A DNA stretch of 64,000 nucleotides from Candidatus Poribacteria bacterium (GCA_965208675.1 OZ242351.1:1024001-1088000), one strand, 5' to 3'; positions 1 through 10,714 are shown, numbered from the stretch's first letter. Notes: generated from the sequence alone by a model not told the origin. Translations and numbers: made by a program.

Positions 1-133
1 AAATGTGTCTTTTTCATACCAACATTCCGAACACAATTTTCCCCAAATGAAACTTTTTGAACTGTTCGAATTCCTTACTGCATCTGGCTTTCCAAGACAA
101 AGCAAGGCTTAAATTCGGAGATTGGTATGGACT

Positions 134-149
134 TGGCACAGAATTTGCT
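134..149 (+). promoter_or_regulatory. sigma54 (-24/-12) promoter
   Basis: TGGCAC-AGAAT-TTGCT is an exact match to the TGGCAC-N5-TTGCW consensus; a sigma54 activator gene lies ~2.8 kb downstream. Confidence 0.75.
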
Positions 150-380
150 ATTTAACGACTGTCGAACAGTCTGATTGCGTCTAATCGAGGGACATCGGTT
201 TTCCTAGCAAGGGTTTTCGTTGTCCCGTCTTATGTCTTAATGTCTCGGTGCCTGTATTGTTTTCGCAATCATAACCAAAGTAATCAGCCAACAAAACAGA
301 CTCTGAACAAGGCAGCATTGGGTATCGCTGCTCACGCGCCCCACCCAACATTTTACACTCTGGGAAGAGGAGGGTTTACA

Positions 381-566
381 TTGACAACCCATAATGAAAG
401 CCATAGAAAATCCACCACAGAAAATTCTGACGAATTCAATGCGCTCATCGATGCCATCTCAGACTTGCGAAAAGCTATCGCTGCGTACCACAATGATTTC
501 AAAAAGAGAAAAGTAGAACTGTTGGTTGAGATTGTGCGTCTTCGGGACCTTAATGCCGGACGATAG
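381..566 (+). CDS. small hypothetical protein (61 aa, coiled-coil-like)
   Basis: AGGAGGG Shine-Dalgarno followed by an in-frame TTG at 381 inside ORF 240..566; downstream of the sigma54 promoter. Confidence 0.5.
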   Translation: MTTHNESHRKSTTENSDEFNALIDAISDLRKAIAAYHNDFKKRKVELLVEIVRLRDLNAGR

Positions 567-740
567 TGGAGAAGTCTGGTAGTGTCTGCGCGTGTCAATA
601 CCCCGGCGACGACGCAGCTTGTTAAATTTAATACGCCGTTCACACGCCTTTTCTCCACAAATGCGAAACCTGAAAAGACAATTGGACGAGCGCTGAAGCA
701 TTACCATAGCAGCACATCGCAAGGAGCATATAAACTAACT

Positions 741-968
741 ATGAAAGAATTTCGCGCACGTTTTTGGCATCCTGCTCTCTTGATTTGTCATGTTGTCCTA
801 ATCTTCGTTGGATGCAGCGGGCACCATCCCACAGAATTTCGCCCTGCGGCGGAACACCATGAGGAGACCATTGACCTCTTCAGTGATGAAGAATGGGAGT
901 CTGTGATAAGTTTGTCTCCCTTACCATATGCCCCGCCGCCCGATCTTACAGATTGTGATACCAAATGA
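741..968 (+). CDS. small putative lipoprotein (75 aa)
   Basis: AAGGAG at 721, ATG 741; MKEFRARF...LIFVGC signal peptide/lipobox followed by an acidic, Pro-rich tail. Confidence 0.5.
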   Translation: MKEFRARFWHPALLICHVVLIFVGCSGHHPTEFRPAAEHHEETIDLFSDEEWESVISLSPLPYAPPPDLTDCDTK

Positions 969-1297
969 ACAAGCGTGACCTTTGCCGCATCCTTTCGAAT
1001 GGCTCCTAATAATTCCCGTTTGAGTTGCTCCAATGTTACTTGTTGGGTTTAGTGCTGAGTTAGATCAACGAAAACACCTGCGGCGATGGAATCTACCGAT
1101 ATTAAACTGCCGGTGAAAATTTTTGCGGCGAATGAAAATTGACAATTTGTGAAAAAATTGTGTTACACTGTAGCAAATTGTCGAGAAATTAAACATTCGC
1201 GTTTGCCCAACATTATCAGCCAAAGTTATCGGCAGCAACAAATCACGTGTATGATATTCTCGGCAGAATTTTAACCACTTGCTTCTACAGGGGAGAA

Positions 1298-2935
1298 ATG
1301 AAGGACGAGAATAAGTCGCAGGCGGAACTAATTGACGAATTACAGGAGATGCGCAAGCGAGTCATACAACTAGAACGTGAACGAGCTCAATACAAACAGA
1401 TGGCGCAAGCGGATCCCTACTATAACACGCCGGAGATGTTTGCATCCGTTGACACACAATCGGAGAGGGTACTGCACTGCAATGAGTCGCTCATCATGGC
1501 GTTGGGTTATACCGAATCGGAAATTGTCGGTTCGTCAATATTCAAGATGTATCATGCGGACTGCTTAGAAAACGCAAAGCGGGTGTTCGCTAATCTCATA
1601 AAAACCGGCGAAATCCGCGATACCGAACTGGTTTTGCGGAAAAAAGACGGCGGCATAATCGATGTAAGCTTGAGCGCTTCTACAGTCTGTGATGAAAGTG
1701 GGGACCCGCTTTACAGCCGTTGTTTCTGGACGGACATCACGGAACATAAGGAGACAGAAAGAAAACTTCGCAGGAGTGACCTAAGTTTCCGTCAGCTTGC
1801 GGAGAGCATCCGCGAGGTGTTCTGGCTGATGTCGCTGGATGGTGACGAGATTTTCTACCTGAGTCCCGGATATGAAGATGTATGGGGCAGGCCTAGTGAA
1901 GACCTCATCGCACATCCGATGTCGTGGGTAGAGCACATTCACCCGGAGGACCGAGAGCGCGTAGTCAGTAAATTTCAACGACGGACACAAGGGCACTTTA
2001 CTGAACCCGGCACTGAATTTCGAATTAACCGGCCTGATGGATCCGTCCGCTGGATTCTTGGGCGATCGTTTCCTGTCGAAGATGAGAACGGTAAGGTTTA
2101 CCGCATGGCGGGTTTTGCACTGGATATTACTGAACGCAAACATGCCGAAGAATTGTCTGCGATGCAGCAGCAGCAGCTAATTCAAGCGGATAGAATGACC
2201 TCGTTAGGGATTTTAACCGCTGGCGTAGCACACGAGATTAACAACCCGAACAATTTTATCATACTCAACGGGGAAATGCTTGAGAAGGCGTGGAACGACG
2301 TTTTACCAATTCTAGAGACGTATTGCGAGGAACACGGTGATTTCACTTGTGCGGGCATGCCGTACGCTCAAGCGCGCGGGAGCATCAAAAATCTTACTGC
2401 GGGGATTATTCTTGGGGCGACTCGAATTCAGAAAATAGTGAACGTCCTTGGCGATTTTGTGCAACAAGATGAGGAGAATTTGAGTCAACTGGTGGACTGC
2501 AACGCTGTTGTTGGCTCTGCTATCGTCATTGCGGAAAACCTGATTAAGATATCGACGAACAATTTCTCGACTGACTTGCAGCCAAATCTACCGAAAATTT
2601 CGGGAAACCGACAACAACTTGAACAGGTCCTAATTAACTTAATCTCCAATTCTTGCCAAGCGCTTTCTAATTCTAACAAGAGCGTAGTAATTTCAACTCG
2701 GCACAGTACCGATCAAGTAATGATTGAAGTTCGTGACGAAGGAGAAGGGATTCCGTCTGAAAATTTGCAACAGGTCATGGGAGCCTTATTCACCACAAAG
2801 CGTGAAACTGGCGGCACAGGTCTAGGGCTATCCGTCTCTTACAATATAATCCAGAATCACGGCGGGGATATTACCTTCAACTCCGAAATCGGCAAGGGGA
2901 CGGTAGCCACCGTAACGCTGCCAGCGGTCAATTGA
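1298..2935 (+). CDS. PAS-domain sensor histidine kinase (NtrB-like)
   Basis: Two PAS/PAC repeats (DITEHK, DITERK), H-box AHEINNP, N-box QVLINLISNS, G boxes DEGEGI and GTGLGL; SD GGGGAG before ATG 1298. Confidence 0.93.
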   Translation: MKDENKSQAELIDELQEMRKRVIQLERERAQYKQMAQADPYYNTPEMFASVDTQSERVLHCNESLIMALGYTESEIVGSSIFKMYHADCLENAKRVFANLIKTGEIRDTELVLRKKDGGIIDVSLSASTVCDESGDPLYSRCFWTDITEHKETERKLRRSDLSFRQLAESIREVFWLMSLDGDEIFYLSPGYEDVWGRPSEDLIAHPMSWVEHIHPEDRERVVSKFQRRTQGHFTEPGTEFRINRPDGSVRWILGRSFPVEDENGKVYRMAGFALDITERKHAEELSAMQQQQLIQADRMTSLGILTAGVAHEINNPNNFIILNGEMLEKAWNDVLPILETYCEEHGDFTCAGMPYAQARGSIKNLTAGIILGATRIQKIVNVLGDFVQQDEENLSQLVDCNAVVGSAIVIAENLIKISTNNFSTDLQPNLPKISGNRQQLEQVLINLISNSCQALSNSNKSVVISTRHSTDQVMIEVRDEGEGIPSENLQQVMGALFTTKRETGGTGLGLSVSYNIIQNHGGDITFNSEIGKGTVATVTLPAVN

Positions 2936-2968
2936 TACTCGCCGCGTCTTCAATATGGAGGGAAATCC

Positions 2969-4402
2969 ATGGATACTACGTACTTCCCTACTCGTCCAGT
3001 TCTGCTCGTAGACGATGAAGAGCAATTTTTGTTCAGCGCAAGTTTTGCGTTGATGTCAGAGGGAATTAATCATGTCCGCAAGTGTCACGATAGCCGTGAA
3101 GTCATGTCGATACTGTCGGAAGAGGATTTCTCGGTTGTGGTACTGGATATGTTGATGCCTGGCCTTTCGGGTCGAGACCTTCTACCGTTGATATTGGGTG
3201 AATTCCCTGAACTCCCCGTAACGGTTGTCACCGCTGAAAACAAAGTCGAAATTGCGGTAGAGTGCATGAGAACTGGCGCGTACGACTTCCTCCTAAAACC
3301 GGTGAACAGGACCCGACTCGTTGCAACAGTTCTGCGCGGCATAGAAATTAGCGAACTGCGGCGCGAAAATCGGCAACTCAAAGACCGCCTGCTTTCGCAC
3401 ACGTTAGAACAGCCTGAAGCGTTCTCCGGCATTATTACGCAAGACCGATCTATGTATTCCATATTCCAGTACGTAGAGGCGATCGCCCGAACCAACCTAC
3501 CAGTGTTAATTACAGGGGAAACCGGTGTTGGAAAAGAACTGATTGCGGCAGCAATCCACAAGGTGAGCGGGCGGGAAGGGGCATTTGTTCCGGTCAATGT
3601 GGCGGAGCTTGATGACCATCTATTTGCGGACACGCTCTTTGGTCACCGGAAAGGGGCATATACCGGCGCAGATTCATCCCGTAAGGGGTTGATTGAGCGC
3701 GCGTCAGATGGCACGCTATTCCTTGACGAAATCGGCGACCTACGCATGGAGTCTCAAGTCAAGCTGCTCCGCCTCCTTCAAGAAGGAAAATACTACCAGC
3801 TTGGCACAGATATGCCGAAGGCTAGTAACGCTAGAACAGTAGTCTCCACCAATCGAGACATTCAATTTCTGAGAAATACAGAATCTTTTCGCAAAGACCT
3901 CTATTTCCGTCTGCAGACCCATCATATTCACCTTCCGCCGCTTCGTGATCGCGCAGGTGATATACCACTATTGGTTTCCCATTTCATTGATGAAGCTGCC
4001 GAGTCACTAGGTAAATCTATACCAGCCCCGCCGCCTGAACTATTTTCCTTACTCGTTAATCACCGTTTCCCGGGAAACATCAGGGAACTTCAAGGAATGG
4101 TTTTGGATGCCGTCAGCCGACACAAAGGCGGAAGACTTTCTATTCAGTCCTTCCAAGAAAAAATTAACTACAAATCTTCAGATTCTAGCGGCAACGGGGA
4201 ATCAGCCGAAAATGTATTTGCAGACGGGTTGTCTACGCTGCCTCAATTGCCATCCTTGAAAGCTACCGAGCAGCTTATGATTGATGAAGCCCTGAAGCGC
4301 GCCAATGGAAATCAGACCGTTGCCGCAAAAATATTGGGTATGTCAAGACAAGCGCTGCACAACCGTCTAGCCCGCGCACGGTCTTCAGCGAACGACGTGT
4401 GA
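2969..4402 (+). CDS. sigma54-dependent response regulator (NtrC/AtoC family)
   Basis: REC domain (LVDDE, LDMLMP), AAA+ GETGVGKE, GAYTGA loop, FLDEIGD, C-terminal Fis-type HTH. Confidence 0.95.
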   Translation: MDTTYFPTRPVLLVDDEEQFLFSASFALMSEGINHVRKCHDSREVMSILSEEDFSVVVLDMLMPGLSGRDLLPLILGEFPELPVTVVTAENKVEIAVECMRTGAYDFLLKPVNRTRLVATVLRGIEISELRRENRQLKDRLLSHTLEQPEAFSGIITQDRSMYSIFQYVEAIARTNLPVLITGETGVGKELIAAAIHKVSGREGAFVPVNVAELDDHLFADTLFGHRKGAYTGADSSRKGLIERASDGTLFLDEIGDLRMESQVKLLRLLQEGKYYQLGTDMPKASNARTVVSTNRDIQFLRNTESFRKDLYFRLQTHHIHLPPLRDRAGDIPLLVSHFIDEAAESLGKSIPAPPPELFSLLVNHRFPGNIRELQGMVLDAVSRHKGGRLSIQSFQEKINYKSSDSSGNGESAENVFADGLSTLPQLPSLKATEQLMIDEALKRANGNQTVAAKILGMSRQALHNRLARARSSANDV

Positions 4403-4888
4403 AACCTCGTTTGATTGCACCAAACGCTAATTCCAATCTTGTAACAACCCGCCTTTCTATCCCCCGCTCTCATACCGGTGCGGCATGCGTCGGACTCCTC
4501 ATCGTTTGATCCTAGTCATGGCATCCAGTAACTTCAAATCCTAACGGGAAATGCCATTCTGCCGCGCCGCTATGTATCAGTACGTGAGATTCTATTGCAG
4601 GATGCGCCTTCGGAAGGTGACGCTGAAAACTCGTAACAGTATAACACAATTCACGTCCGGCCATCGGTGCGCGAAAAGCAAAACAAACTCCCCGATTGAC
4701 GCCAATTCGAAAAACCTGACCTCTGGACCGGTCTTCTTTTTGCTTGATCTTCGTATGGGCATGACATATAATTTCAACCACGATCCTTTTTTAAAACCGA
4801 GTTTTTTCTTCAAAACTCGGTTTCTTCATTACATTATGGCTGGACAAGACGAAATGGATTGGATACGCTCTAAATCAGGAGACAAAAT

Positions 4889-5683
4889 GTGGGATTACTA
4901 ACAGACAAAGTTGCTGTTGTGACGGGCGCCGGACGGGGCGTTGGCAGAGCGGTCGCAGACGAGTTAGCCGAGGCTGGAGCGGCGGTTGCGCTGGCTGCCC
5001 GAACTGTCAGTGAAATCGAGAGTGCCGCAGAGACAATCCGGGCGGACGGGCGCCGCGCAATTACGGTACCCACCGACGTAACGCGCCAATCAGAGGTTGA
5101 TGCGCTATTCGCCCGTACCCGCGAAGAACTGGGGGAAGTCGATATTCTTGTGAACAACGCAGCGATTATTGGTCCTACGGGCAAACTATGGGAAACGAAT
5201 CTGTCGGATTGGCACGATATTTTTGACATCAACCTATTCAGTATGGTGCGGTGCGCATCGGCAGCTCTTCCCTCCATGGTTGAACGCGGTTACGGCAAGA
5301 TAATCAACGTCGGATCGACCGCAGGCTGGACGGATTCGTGGGTACCCGGAAATGCGGAACAGGCGGCGTATGCGGCGACTAAAGCCGCAATCATGCGTTT
5401 CAGCGTGTGTCTGGCGCAACAAGTCAAAGGCGATGGCGTGAACGTAAATTGTGTCGGCGTAAGTGCACACACTCGCATGAGCGACGAGGCGCGCCTGGCG
5501 TTAGCGCGGGTGCGCGGCACGCCCCCGCCGCCGACCATGGATGACCTCCCAATCAGTCAGCAGGTGCTGCCAGAGACGAACGCACCGCTGTTTGTCTTTT
5601 TGGCGTCATCTATGTCGGATCACATCACCGGCCAGTATCTTGAAGCTAACCAGATGCCCCACCGCAAGCCTAGGCACCGTTAA
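4889..5683 (+). CDS. short-chain dehydrogenase/reductase (SDR)
   Basis: TGAGRGVG, NNAA and YAATK motifs. Confidence 0.93.
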   Translation: MGLLTDKVAVVTGAGRGVGRAVADELAEAGAAVALAARTVSEIESAAETIRADGRRAITVPTDVTRQSEVDALFARTREELGEVDILVNNAAIIGPTGKLWETNLSDWHDIFDINLFSMVRCASAALPSMVERGYGKIINVGSTAGWTDSWVPGNAEQAAYAATKAAIMRFSVCLAQQVKGDGVNVNCVGVSAHTRMSDEARLALARVRGTPPPPTMDDLPISQQVLPETNAPLFVFLASSMSDHITGQYLEANQMPHRKPRHR

Positions 5684-5692
5684 AAAAAGCCG

Positions 5693-5715
5693 GTAGGCGC
5701 GGTTTCCAACCGCAC
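5693..5715 (+). repeat. GTAG-type REP hairpin
   Basis: GTAG followed by GCGCGGTT-TCC-AACCGCAC palindrome just after the SDR stop codon. Confidence 0.55.
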
Positions 5716-5794
5716 AGGTTTTCACCCAAAATTAAAAATTAATGAGATCGACTATAACCGAATCCCAAGGCAAATCTACGGCTAAAGAGGGGAC

Positions 5795-6988
5795 ATGAAA
5801 CAATCACCTATTCGCGTCGGGTTAGTTGGATCGGGTTTCGTCGCTAAATTCCACAGCTTGGCTTACAACAATCTATCCTTAGTGTACAATTCTGCGCTGC
5901 CTGCGGTCGTACGGACTAGACTCTTTGATGTGACGCCTGAACTCGCTGCGGAGGGCGCTGCACAGTTTGGTTGGCAAGAAGCGACGGACGATTGGCGAAA
6001 CATCACACGCGCCGACGACATCGATCTTGTCGATATTGTTGCGCCGAACTACGCGCACGCGGAGATTGCCATTGATGCGGCGAAGCACGGCAAACACATT
6101 TTCTGTGAAAAACCGCTTGCGCACGATGTTGCCTCGGCGCGTCAAATGGTCGAAGCGGTTCTTCAAGCAGGATGTGTTCACCAAGTGGGATTTGTGTACC
6201 GTATGTGGCCCGCTGTCGCTTTTGCCAAAGAAATCATTGACACCGGTAAAATCGGTCGGATAATCCACTTCCATTCACGGTTCCTACACGATTACGGACT
6301 AGATCCTTCACTGCCGATGAGTTGGCGGTTCGAATCGGGGAAAGCCGGTGCCGGCAGCATCGGCGACATCGGGTCCCACGCGATTGATATTGGTAGATAC
6401 CTTGTTGGCGACATTGTCCGTGTTTTCGCTCGGTCACAAACATTTGTAGGGAAAAGATTAATTGCCCCGCCGGGATTAAGCAACGCCTTTCGCCGCGGTG
6501 ACGGCGAAATCCAAGAATCATCGGAGTACGGCACCGTGGATGTCGATGATGCAACTGACATGTTGGTCGAATTTGAAGACGGCACGATGGGAAATTTTGA
6601 GACAAATTGGGCGGCAGCGGGTCACGAGAACGAACTCAGTTTTGAGGTGAGCGGTGAGCGCGGCGCCATAAAGTTCAGTTGGCGCCACGCGAATGAATTG
6701 TTAGTGCATTCGGCGGATGATCCGGAGAATCTGAACGGTTTTCGCACCGTCATTATTGGCCCCATGCATCCGAATGCGGAGTCTTTCGGGCCAGTGCCCG
6801 GTCTTGGCATGGGTTATACTGATGCATTTTATATCGCAATGCGTCAGATGGTTGAATCAATCTCCCGTGGAAAGGCGGATAGCCCGAATTTTATAGACGG
6901 CTTGAAAGCCTGCGAGGTAGTGGATGCTGCTGTGCGTTCATCTGCTTCAGCGCAATGGGAAGAGGTCTATCGTAATTCGGCAGAGTGA
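5795..6988 (+). CDS. Gfo/Idh/MocA family oxidoreductase
   Basis: GLVGSGFVA, HIFCEKPLA and GDIGSHAID motifs. Confidence 0.93.
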   Translation: MKQSPIRVGLVGSGFVAKFHSLAYNNLSLVYNSALPAVVRTRLFDVTPELAAEGAAQFGWQEATDDWRNITRADDIDLVDIVAPNYAHAEIAIDAAKHGKHIFCEKPLAHDVASARQMVEAVLQAGCVHQVGFVYRMWPAVAFAKEIIDTGKIGRIIHFHSRFLHDYGLDPSLPMSWRFESGKAGAGSIGDIGSHAIDIGRYLVGDIVRVFARSQTFVGKRLIAPPGLSNAFRRGDGEIQESSEYGTVDVDDATDMLVEFEDGTMGNFETNWAAAGHENELSFEVSGERGAIKFSWRHANELLVHSADDPENLNGFRTVIIGPMHPNAESFGPVPGLGMGYTDAFYIAMRQMVESISRGKADSPNFIDGLKACEVVDAAVRSSASAQWEEVYRNSAE

Positions 6989-7002
6989 AGGATTCTCTAC
7001 AA

Positions 7003-7154
7003 TAGGACTTGCGCAATAAGTTCAAAAGTCCCCCTGATAAGGGATCAAGCAAACGAATAGTGAGTGCGATAGTCTTGAGGGGGGTTAAAAACACTGAAAT
7101 AACGACTTTCTAAGTCCAAAATTCCCTTTTTCTGCTCAATTTGCGTAAGTCCTA
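7003..7154. mobile_element. MITE with TAGGACTT(A/G)CGCA terminal inverted repeats
   Basis: TAGGACTTGCGCAA at 7003 and TTGCGTAAGTCCTA ending at 7154; TA at both ends; non-coding interior. Confidence 0.7.
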
Positions 7155-7336
7155 TACAAATTATTATCGCATTCATCAACACTGTGAGTTTGTGCCCTTC
7201 ACTAACTAGTTGTCCAGAAAAGACATTTCCTTAGTCTCTCCCAAAGCGCTGGGTAGTAATGTAATTTCAGAGGACAAAGCGGCATCTCAACCAATCAATC
7301 CCCCTAAATCACTATTTCAGAAAGGATAAGTCGCAA

Positions 7337-8203
7337 ATGAAGCGTAAGTGGAAAACAGCGTTTCTCACAATCTTGGACTATAGCACCATGCCGTCAACCG
7401 ATGTGATTGAGTCCTTGCGTCGTTTGGGGTATGAAGGTATCGAGTGGACGATGGATCACTTCGATCCCGATTTGCCGATTGCACAATTGCGCGAACTCGT
7501 CTGGCGCACCCGCGACGCTGGCATGGAAGTATCCCAGATTATGGCGCATACCGACCTGATTTCGCTCGACGACGCCGTACGCAAGCAAAAAATCGATCGG
7601 ATTGTGCGCGGTATAAGAGCCGCCGGCGAGTGCGGGGTAAGTGCGGTCAGTGTGTTGACGGGACCGTCGATTTGGGAGTCCGACCACGTCCGAATCGGCG
7701 AAGATATGAGCGAGACGGCTGCCTGGGATCAGGCGATTGAAGCGATTGAGACTTTCGTCGAAGCCGCTCAGGATTCCAACGTTGTCATCACGTCTGAAGC
7801 AGTCTACGGCATGCTTGCCCACGATTTCTATACGCATAAATGGCTGGTAGATCAAGTAGACCATCCCGCGCACAAGGTCAATTTCGATCCGTCGCACCAC
7901 GTCCTCTACGGCATAGAAGATATGCGTTGGTTAATTCACCAGTGGGGAGATAGAATTGCACATGTTCACATCAAGGACGCGGTTGGGATACCGCAACTCA
8001 ACAAATTTGTCTTTCCGCTGCTTGGCGAAGGCAGAGTCAACTGGAAAGATTTCTTCATTGGTCTCGAGGAGATTGACTACCGTGGATTCTGCAGCCTCGA
8101 GTTCGAGTCCTTTCGGTTCTACCGCCAAGTCCTCAAAAACAACCCGGAAGCCGCCGCCCAAATTTTGCTCGAACAGCTAAATGTTCTTCTCGTAGATGAT
8201 TGA
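7337..8203 (+). CDS. sugar phosphate isomerase/epimerase (xylose-isomerase-like TIM barrel)
   Basis: GYEGIE, NFDPSH, HVHIKD and SLEFE motifs. Confidence 0.9.
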   Translation: MKRKWKTAFLTILDYSTMPSTDVIESLRRLGYEGIEWTMDHFDPDLPIAQLRELVWRTRDAGMEVSQIMAHTDLISLDDAVRKQKIDRIVRGIRAAGECGVSAVSVLTGPSIWESDHVRIGEDMSETAAWDQAIEAIETFVEAAQDSNVVITSEAVYGMLAHDFYTHKWLVDQVDHPAHKVNFDPSHHVLYGIEDMRWLIHQWGDRIAHVHIKDAVGIPQLNKFVFPLLGEGRVNWKDFFIGLEEIDYRGFCSLEFESFRFYRQVLKNNPEAAAQILLEQLNVLLVDD

Positions 8204-8251
8204 GTGCGCCCACCGTGATGTAATAACCCACAATCTTGAATTTCGTTTTTT

Positions 8252-9540
8252 GTAGGTTGGGTTAAGCGGATTCGTGAATAACGCTGCATAATAGCCATGA
8301 GCGCCGCACCTTGATTTAGTTTCAAATTCCTCATGGCGTAGCGAACCCAACGCTTTTCTCGTTCCTGCGTGTGAAACCGTCGAAATTTCATCCTAGGGTG
8401 ACGCAAACGTTTCAATCACGAACTGCAATTAAGGTAGAAACGGAGCATGTTGCGCCAATCTAGTTTTTGCAGGTTGGATAGAGCGATCAACCGACCGAAC
8501 AGTTCTTGTAGGTTGGGTTAAGCGGATTCGCGAATAACGCTGCAAAAGAGCCATGTACGCCGCTCCTTGATTCAGTCTCAAACTCCTCATGGCGTAGCGA
8601 ACCCAACGCTTTTCATGTCTGTCATTTCGAAAGCATCCAGACATCGTATCGCGTTCGCCAAGGCAATAACACACCGTGCCTCCATGTCACAACCCGGTGA
8701 GAACCACAAACATGAACACCGATGCCAAATCTATTTGGTTACCTTAAGTTCCTGTAGGTTGGGTTAAGCGATCAACCGACCGAATAGGGAGGGCGATAGT
8801 TCTAACCTTTAAAGACTAAACGCTGCATAATAGCCGTGAGCGCCACACCTTGATTCAGTCTCAAACTCCTCATGGCGTAGCGAACCCAACGCTTTTCTCT
8901 ATTTTGCCTGTGAAACCGTATTGAGGAATCTCAAAAATGAACCGAAGCAACCATTACGTCAAGATTGTTGAATGGTCCGATGAAGATCAAAGTTATATTG
9001 GCAGTTGCCCGGGACTCTTTTATGGTGGATGCCACGGGGATAATGAACAAAAGGTATTCGCTGAACTGTGTCGCATCGTTGAAGAGACGATTGAACTATA
9101 TCAGCGAGATGCCAGACCCCTACCATCAGCGACATCCGGCAAAAACTACGCTAACAAGATGTTGGAATTTGCCGAACAGACCGTAACGCTTTAGCGAGTG
9201 ATGTTCTTCTAGTTCTTGTAGGTTGGGTTAAGCGGATTCGTGAACAACGCTGCATAAGAGCCATGAACGCCAAACCTAGATTCCCTCTCAAGATTGTCAC
9301 GACGCAGCGAACCCAACGCTTTTCCTAAATCCGAATCTGGTTTGTTCTGCGAAATACGTGCCCGTTTTGACCGACGTATCAAGAGACCGATGAGTTCTTG
9401 TGGGTTGGGTAGAGCGATCAACCGACCGAATAGGGAGGGCGATAGTCTTCTCTATTTTTTGCGTGTATCTTGAACATGCAAGCAGTTTTTTGAATGCGTC
9501 CAAGGTTTGTTTGCGCGTAGCGAAACCCAACGCTTTTCCT
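8252..9540 (+). repeat. cluster of GTAG-REP/REPIN-like ~110-bp repeats
   Basis: GTAGGTTGGGTTAAGCG...CGTAGCGAACCCAACGCTTTTC units starting at ~8252, 8508, 8754, 9218 and 9399, plus a partial arm at 8469. Confidence 0.85.
8937..9194 (+). CDS. HicB-family antitoxin-like protein
   Basis: EWSDED.YIGSCPGL..GCHGD..E..F.EL...PLP pattern typical of HicB; GAGG SD; no hicA adjacent. Confidence 0.75.
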   Translation: MNRSNHYVKIVEWSDEDQSYIGSCPGLFYGGCHGDNEQKVFAELCRIVEETIELYQRDARPLPSATSGKNYANKMLEFAEQTVTL

Positions 9541-9635
9541 GTCCGTCATTACGAAAGCGTCTAGACTTCGTATTGCGTTCGCCAAGGAAATAACGCTCCG
9601 TATGTCCTAGGCACAACCCGTTTAGAATCGAAATC

Positions 9636-9962
9636 ATGAATACCGATACGAAATCAATTTGGTTACCCCAAGCCATTGTCATTGCGATGTTAATGGCCGC
9701 TCCTTTTTTGATGGACTCTGACGTGTTTTTCGGATTGCTCAAATTGGTCTGCTGTCCAGTGTTTGCGTATCTTGCATATCACGCGTGGAAGCAAAATAAA
9801 ACCGTTTGGGTTTGGGTTCTTGGGATCACCGCAGTTATATTCAATCCCATTATCCGCGTATACTCAATTTGGGACATGTCGCTACTTGTGGTCTTGGCTA
9901 GTATCGGAATAGCCTTCGCCGCTCTCTTCGTGCTGAATCCCAACAATCCAAAAAATGACTAA
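9636..9962 (+). CDS. small membrane protein (DUF6804-like)
   Basis: Hydrophobic helices with FAYLAY...WVWVLGITAVIFNPII motif. Confidence 0.65.
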   Translation: MNTDTKSIWLPQAIVIAMLMAAPFLMDSDVFFGLLKLVCCPVFAYLAYHAWKQNKTVWVWVLGITAVIFNPIIRVYSIWDMSLLVVLASIGIAFAALFVLNPNNPKND

Positions 9963-10029
9963 CGTCAAAATGAGTAGAAAGCATTTGCAGAGATACATTA
10001 TCGAATTTCAGGAAAGGCATTACACAGGT

Positions 10030-10341
10030 CTATCTTATATTATGATAATAAGCTTGCTCTATCAGGGGTTTTATAATTTCAATATCCGATTCGCTGCGTA
10101 CTAAACATTGATAGTCCCACCCTGATTTTCCTATAGGTTTACAAACCCCCATAGGATCATCTATTGACGCGCTGTTAAGGTTTAATTTTACCCTTATAGA
10201 TTTGGCTTGTGGTTCAATTTTTACAAACCTACGATCCATGCTGTTAGCCTTAAAACTAATACCATTTTTGGGCGTTCTTACCTCATCATCAGCATTTGGA
10301 AAACTTTTAATAACATCAATTAACGACTCTTTGAGACTCAT
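10030..10341 (-). CDS. DUF5655-like domain protein
   Basis: K..ISFK...FVKIEPQ.K...V.L...DDP.G...S.SDIE.IKPLIEQAY pattern; GAGG SD; AT-rich. Confidence 0.7.
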   Translation of the reverse strand: MSLKESLIDVIKSFPNADDEVRTPKNGISFKANSMDRRFVKIEPQAKSIRVKLNLNSASIDDPMGVCKPIGKSGWDYQCLVRSESDIEIIKPLIEQAYYHNIR

Positions 10342-10458
10342 AATTTATCTTCCTCTATATAGATATTATAGTATCGCCGAGAATCGTCCAAGTGCGATAG
10401 TTGGTATTGAAATGGTGTAAATCCACCAAACGCCTAATCCTTGCCGTTAGATTTGGTT

Positions 10459-10659
10459 TTACTCTTTGATTTCATTATCGCCTCCGACAGTTTGCTGATG
10501 TGTCTGTCTCTGCAAATCGTGTACTGTCTTTTGTAAACTTCCAAGTAAGTTTATAATGCTTGATATATTCTCGCCATGCGATTTTACCAGTCTTGACAAT
10601 TCCCCGTGTGATTGGTCGATGTGTTCTCGCAAATTGTCGAGTCCGTCGTTAAGATCCAT
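10459..10659 (-). CDS. short coiled-coil hypothetical protein or fragment next to IS
   Basis: 66-aa heptad-rich ORF immediately left of the IS3 element. Confidence 0.35.
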   Translation of the reverse strand: MDLNDGLDNLREHIDQSHGELSRLVKSHGENISSIINLLGSLQKTVHDLQRQTHQQTVGGDNEIKE

Positions 10660-10714
10660 CTTAGTTGCATGATGCCTATCTAATCGGTTAAACTAAGCAT
10701 TGACAGTAGCAAAT

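Noticed and set aside
8567-8767. Short ORFs within the repeat clusters (also 56557-57287)
   Set aside because: They are translations of REP/REPIN sequence, not independent genes
8252-9540. CRISPR array
   Set aside because: Units are ~110 bp, irregularly spaced, separated by genes, and there are no cas genes; they fit GTAG REP/REPIN elements
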